From the IMG/VR virus record IMGVR_UViG_3300020716_000019, positions 1 to 36,074 of that record: a DNA stretch of 36,074 nucleotides. One strand, written 5' to 3'. Of the stretch, positions 32,331-36,074 are shown piece after piece. The stretch comes from a virus. Lineage: Duplodnaviria > Caudoviricetes. Both the position numbers and the translations under genes were made by a program. Positions within the stretch are counted from its first letter, which is position 1. Every line of letters begins with the position of its first letter. Below the pieces are notes generated by a model. It ran no database searches. It was not told where the DNA came from and was given only the letters and a program-made list of their open reading frames with translations.

Positions 32331-32471
32331 TTATTTGGAAATAGTCGCAAGAACCTTGGAAACTGTTTCATGCCGCTGGCCTTGGTCGCATTGAATTATC
32401 ACGGCAACTTCTTGCACGGTCTGGTTGCGAAACTCATTGAGCATCCCGGTCAAGAGCGTTTCATTGTTCAC
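32331..32471 (-). CDS. Hypothetical 46-aa protein (MNNETLLTGMLNEF...)
   Basis: Manually translated. GTGA overlap with the upstream stop. Confidence 0.5.
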   Translation of the reverse strand: MNNETLLTGMLNEFRNQTVQEVAVIIQCDQGQRHETVSKVLATISK

Positions 32472-32776
32472 GGCTGAATCCTGCGCCATCGCCGGGACGA
32501 GGCGCGCGATTTCGGCGGCGAGTAGGGTGGTTGCGCCACCATGATGTCCCAGCCTTGGCCGAGCATGTCGCGCACGTCGCCTTGGTAGTGGTTGCCGGGC
32601 TTCTCGCTCGGCAGGAGGTCACACGACCACGCATCCCATCCTAGAGCGGCGAAGGCATCACGGACAGTTCCGCTATATTCGCAAGCAACTAAAACGCGCC
32701 CTAACCACGCGCCGGAGCCAATGCCGGTTACGGCATTCAGTTCCGCTGTCGCGGTTGATGGTTGTTTGTCCGGCAT
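32468..32776 (-). pseudogene. Truncated phage DNA cytosine methyltransferase-like gene
   Basis: VLVACEYSGTVRDAF..WSCDLLP..GDV..WDIMVAQPP, then loss of similarity where the catalytic PPC is expected. Confidence 0.7.
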
Positions 32777-32798
32777 GGCTCAGCTTGAAATGTTCGGC
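32699..32798 (+). mobile_element. Integron attC-like recombination site
   Basis: R'' ccctAAC, L'' arm gccggagccaatgccgg, L' arm ccggcatggctcagc, R' GTTcggc. Two unpaired extra bases on one arm. Confidence 0.75.
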
Positions 32799-33013
32799 GC
32801 ATACTTTTTTCGGATGGCCTGTTCGCGCTCGAATTGTTTTTCCATTACCTCGACGTGTTGCGCATATGTGCCTTCACAGACCGCCACGTTTAGGTCAGCA
32901 GCGAGACCACCGATCTCGTTCCATGCCAACTCTGCGAGCATCGCCATGCGCCGAACCAGCCCGATGGAGCGCAACACGGTTACGGGTTTCTCGTTGGCGT
33001 TTGGAACGTTCAT
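32780..33013 (-). CDS. Hypothetical protein carried on an attC-bounded cassette
   Basis: Starts inside one attC-like site and stops inside the next. Confidence 0.65.
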   Translation of the reverse strand: MNVPNANEKPVTVLRSIGLVRRMAMLAELAWNEIGGLAADLNVAVCEGTYAQHVEVMEKQFEREQAIRKKYAPNISS

Positions 33014-33045
33014 GGCGTCTTGGTTGAGGTCATACCTTTGTCAGA
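32950..33045 (+). mobile_element. Degenerate second attC-like site
   Basis: gccgAAC-cagcccgatggagcgcaac left arm. The right arm (gttgaggtcat...gtcagaa) is decayed. Confidence 0.5.
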
Positions 33046-34118
33046 ATCGGGCTGCTGGTTTTGGTTTCCGTCGCACCGGCAAGCAGTTCGTCCATCTTCG
33101 CGTCCAGCGCCTTGCCCTTCGCGCCCGTCGCCGTCTTGAGCGCGGTCTTGAGCGCGGTCTTTCCAACCGTGATGCACTCGGCCACAAAAGCGCCTTGGGT
33201 GATGCCAGCGGCCAAAGCGCGATTGAACACGGTTTGCGCGTTGGTGATCTTCTCAGTCTCTCTGCCGGGCTTGATCGTCCAACCGTCAACAGACTCGCCC
33301 GCGTCCAGCCGGCGGCGAACTTCTTCGGTCGCGGTTTCCTCGGCCATCCGGACCAGCGCGAGGAATTTGCCGAGGCGTTCACTGGTCAACGCACGGACTC
33401 CGGCGGAAACATTGTCCGGCTCGCTCGGTGGTATGGTCGGAAGTGAAGCGGCGAGAAACTCCGCACACGTCGCCTTCGCGCGGCAGTATTGGCATTGAAC
33501 ATTACCAGGCGTCCGCTTCGCAAACTTGTCATTCGACAACACCACGCGGTCAGCCATCGAATCTTGTGCCGTAATCAGGTCGTCAACTTCATAAGTGCAG
33601 ACTTCGGGATTCATCGTCGCCCACGGCTGGATGATGGCGACGTGAACCGTTCTGAAGCCAAAGTTTGATGCCACCAAAACCGCCAAGTCGCGCAACTGCA
33701 AATTGCGGGCAGATTCCGTCGCTTCGTTGCGGCCGGTTTTGTAATCCAGCACCAGCGCCACAGATCCCGCCGTATAAATCACGTCAGCCTTGCCGCTGTG
33801 CCGATACTTGCCGGTTCCAACCGTCGCCCAAAGCCGCTGCTCGCGGATGACATTGGGTTTGACGACGCCGAAAATACTATCTTCCAAGGTCGCCTCGATG
33901 ATCTGGCATTTTTCCGCCGTCTCGATTTCATCAACCTCAAGGCTGCTGACAGGGATTGAGCCTTCCAGCGCGGCGTGAATCCGCGTGCCGGTCGTGGCGT
34001 CTGCCGACTTCACCCCTTCGGGAATGCCGCGCTGTGCCAGATGCCGCCCCGCGCAAAGACTATCCGCCTCGGCGCTGCTGGCGCTGGTGCATCCTTCCCG
34101 TTCGTCGGTGGTAATCAC
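33030..34118 (-). CDS. Cas4-like PD-(D/E)XK exonuclease (DUF2800-like), RecE-type partner
   Basis: SAS..C.G, GTRIHAALE, EQRL, SGKADVI, LDYKTG, NLQL, QCQYCRAKATC. GTGA overlap with recT. Confidence 0.85.
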   Translation of the reverse strand: MITTDEREGCTSASSAEADSLCAGRHLAQRGIPEGVKSADATTGTRIHAALEGSIPVSSLEVDEIETAEKCQIIEATLEDSIFGVVKPNVIREQRLWATVGTGKYRHSGKADVIYTAGSVALVLDYKTGRNEATESARNLQLRDLAVLVASNFGFRTVHVAIIQPWATMNPEVCTYEVDDLITAQDSMADRVVLSNDKFAKRTPGNVQCQYCRAKATCAEFLAASLPTIPPSEPDNVSAGVRALTSERLGKFLALVRMAEETATEEVRRRLDAGESVDGWTIKPGRETEKITNAQTVFNRALAAGITQGAFVAECITVGKTALKTALKTATGAKGKALDAKMDELLAGATETKTSSPILTKV

Positions 34119-35137
34119 TTGGCCGCTCCTTTCGCCTTGTCGAAACGGGTCAAGACGTTCTGCCAATCGTCGTAAGCGACGGCGAGCTTGGCCGGTGCCA
34201 CGGTGGCCACTTCTTCCAGCGACGACAGCGAATCATCCCAGCCGAGCGACGCGCGGGCGAAATCCAGAAATTCGCCTTCCTCGATCTGTCCGAGCTTCAT
34301 CAATCCGCGAATGCCTTTCAGGTAGTTCGTGGAAGCGGGCTTGTCGGCCAACGGCGTCGGGCCGGTCATTGGCACATCATCCGCGTGCGGCGGCGACAAC
34401 TGCGGGACTTCTTCGGACTCCATTTCCAGCGGTGCAACTGCGTTAAAAATTGGCCGGTTCACCACTTGCGGCGGCGTCACTTCATCCACCAAAGCAGCTT
34501 CGGCAATCTCGGCGTCGAGCGGCCATTTCTTCGATGACCGGCGCACAACCGTCTTTTTCGCCATCTCGTTGTAATCCGTCACCCACGGACCAGAGCCGGA
34601 CGCCTTGCTACGCTTGCGGATGCCGTCAATCTCGTCCTTGGTCATCACTTCGCCGTCAAACTGTTCGCCGTCCTTCCAGATGCAGAACGCCGCGAACATC
34701 GCGCCCCTGGGCTGGCGATAGTTGATGACGTGCTTGAACTTCAAACCGTCGCCGTCACGGAAAAATTCAAACGTGTCGTTTTCGCAGACCACATCGGCGG
34801 CGATGTTCTGCACGCCGTTACGGCGAGCCAAAGCCACCAGCCCCTTCCAATCAAAGATGACTTGGACAATATCGCCGTAGGGAATCAGATGCGCGTTGCG
34901 GCCATCCGGCTCCAGCCCGGCCTGCGAGCAAAGCATGAGTGCTTGGAGCAAGCTTTCCGTCCGGCATTGCGCGAGCTTCGGCGTTTTCAGAATCGCCGTG
35001 CAAGCAACGCGGGCCATGCGATCGGCGGTCAGATGCTTCGGCAGCACCATCGCCATTTGCGCTTTGACGGAATCAGATTGAATCAGGGAACGGATGTCGC
35101 GCTTGGCGTCGTTCGGTTTTTGAATTGCGGTAGTCAT
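34115..35137 (-). CDS. recT: RecT single-strand annealing protein
   Basis: LPKHLTADRMARV, GLEPDGRNAHLIPY, KGLVALARR, GPWVTDYNEMAKKTVVRR..KKWP. Confidence 0.95.
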   Translation of the reverse strand: MTTAIQKPNDAKRDIRSLIQSDSVKAQMAMVLPKHLTADRMARVACTAILKTPKLAQCRTESLLQALMLCSQAGLEPDGRNAHLIPYGDIVQVIFDWKGLVALARRNGVQNIAADVVCENDTFEFFRDGDGLKFKHVINYRQPRGAMFAAFCIWKDGEQFDGEVMTKDEIDGIRKRSKASGSGPWVTDYNEMAKKTVVRRSSKKWPLDAEIAEAALVDEVTPPQVVNRPIFNAVAPLEMESEEVPQLSPPHADDVPMTGPTPLADKPASTNYLKGIRGLMKLGQIEEGEFLDFARASLGWDDSLSSLEEVATVAPAKLAVAYDDWQNVLTRFDKAKGAAK

Positions 35138-35156
35138 GGTTTTGTTTTGTTGTTGG

Positions 35157-35324
35157 TTAATTTTTTTTGAAATTCTTGCGCCAGACGGACGGGAAATCGC
35201 TTTTGGTTTTACGCAGCCGCTTCAAATCCGCTGCCACGCCCTTGAAACAGTCCGGCGAACTGCCCGCTCCACCGGCTTGATGCCCGCCGCGCGTCATCTT
35301 GATGTTGTTCGTGTTGGTCGCCAT
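35157..35324 (-). CDS. Hypothetical small protein
   Basis: ATG 1 nt after the upstream stop. Confidence 0.45.
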   Translation of the reverse strand: MATNTNNIKMTRGGHQAGGAGSSPDCFKGVAADLKRLRKTKSDFPSVWRKNFKKN

Positions 35325-35325
35325 A

Positions 35326-35580
35326 TCAGAAAAGCCTCGCCTGTGGATCAATCGTCCAGACCGTCGCGTAAAGCCCGCTGGAATTTTTCCGGCGCGTGCC
35401 GCTCTTGAAAATCCAGCCGCGTTTTTGCATCTCAGTGAAGCGCGGGCGAATCGCCAGCACGCTACGACCCAGCCGCGTCGCGCATTCATCCGCCGTCATG
35501 TCGCCATGCAGCTTTATCGCCTCGATGCAATCACCGCGCAGCGATGCCGCGTCCTGATTCGTTGGGTAGGTGGTTTCCAT
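35326..35580 (-). CDS. Winged-HTH DNA-binding protein
   Basis: MTADECATRLGRSVLAIRPRFTEM..G..R.NSSG..ATVW, a common phage wHTH pattern. Confidence 0.8.
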   Translation of the reverse strand: METTYPTNQDAASLRGDCIEAIKLHGDMTADECATRLGRSVLAIRPRFTEMQKRGWIFKSGTRRKNSSGLYATVWTIDPQARLF

Positions 35581-35581
35581 A

Positions 35582-35788
35582 TCACCAGCGCCCTTTCGGA
35601 AATTTGTTATGTTCCGCAGCCGTGGTCGGCGCGTGCGTCGGGACAATCAAATTTCCAAACCCCGCCTCGGCATTTAGCTCGGCACGGTCGCGGTTCATTG
35701 ACGACGGATGGCCAGCCGAATCAGAGCTTTTCTTTTGTGAAGCGACGGAGAAGGCCGCTTCGCGGGGGTTGGAAATTGAGTTAATCAC
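35582..35788 (-). CDS. Hypothetical protein
   Basis: GTGA overlap upstream and a 1-nt gap downstream. Confidence 0.4.
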   Translation of the reverse strand: MINSISNPREAAFSVASQKKSSDSAGHPSSMNRDRAELNAEAGFGNLIVPTHAPTTAAEHNKFPKGRW

Positions 35789-35976
35789 AGCGCGCCCTCC
35801 AGAATCAAAAACAGAACGCCACCCGCCAGCGTCAAGGATGACATCCAGATGACAAAGCAACCGTTGTGGTAAGTCGCGGCCCGCGTCGGCAAAAACACTT
35901 CGCCGCCTTCGGTGTTTAGGTTCGGTCGGCGCAAATCTTCGACGATGGCGCGGAGAATGAATGTCATGGATTTCAT
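35785..35976 (-). CDS. Small membrane protein
   Basis: C-terminal hydrophobic helix. ATGA overlap with the repeat-protein stop. Confidence 0.6.
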   Translation of the reverse strand: MKSMTFILRAIVEDLRRPNLNTEGGEVFLPTRAATYHNGCFVIWMSSLTLAGGVLFLILEGAL

Positions 35977-36074
35977 TTTGTTCCCTTGGATTTTTCTCCA
36001 TCAATGATAGCGCCTGACAACACGCTCTGGACGGTGCCGCCTGACAACACGCTCTGGACGGTGCCGCCTGACTC
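35973..36074 (-). CDS. Repeat-containing early protein, 3' part (...ESGGTVQSVLSGGTVQSVLSGAIIDGEKSKGTK*)
   Basis: Same 27-bp repeat as 1-187. TGA at 35975-35973 overlaps the next ATG. Confidence 0.85.
   Translation of the reverse strand, partial: ESGGTVQSVLSGGTVQSVLSGAIIDGEKSKGTK

Noticed and set aside
33030-34118. Cas4 as part of a CRISPR-Cas system
   Set aside because: No cas1/cas2 or array is present. Coupling to recT indicates a recombination exonuclease.

Overview
The window is most likely a near-complete, circularly permuted ~36 kb temperate podovirus-type phage genome in its excised form, since attP appears intact. The contig breaks inside a 27-bp coding tandem repeat that occurs at both ends. 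A short + strand lysogeny module (1070-3640) holds a ribbon-helix-helix (RHH) regulator, two lipoproteins, attP and a tyrosine integrase. Everything else is on the - strand: a second RHH regulator, xis, a repeat protein, RecT, a Cas4-like nuclease, accessory genes, RusA, a replication initiator, terminase, portal, scaffold, N4-gp56-type capsid, fibres, tail adaptor/nozzle and ejection proteins. The host is inferred to be Verrucomicrobiota. Four observations stand out. (1) A lysogeny lipoprotein ends in NVFDTIST, matching a motif repeated at the N-terminus of the giant ejection protein, which suggests superinfection exclusion by mimicry. (2) Tail-fibre and decoration-like proteins carry Sec signal peptides and are strongly TN-rich, and no endolysin is recognisable. 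(3) Integron attC-like sites delimit an accessory gene cassette whose ORF runs antisense to the usual orientation. (4) The genetic switch appears to be built from two divergent RHH proteins. All family assignments come from motif recognition by eye; no database searches were run.
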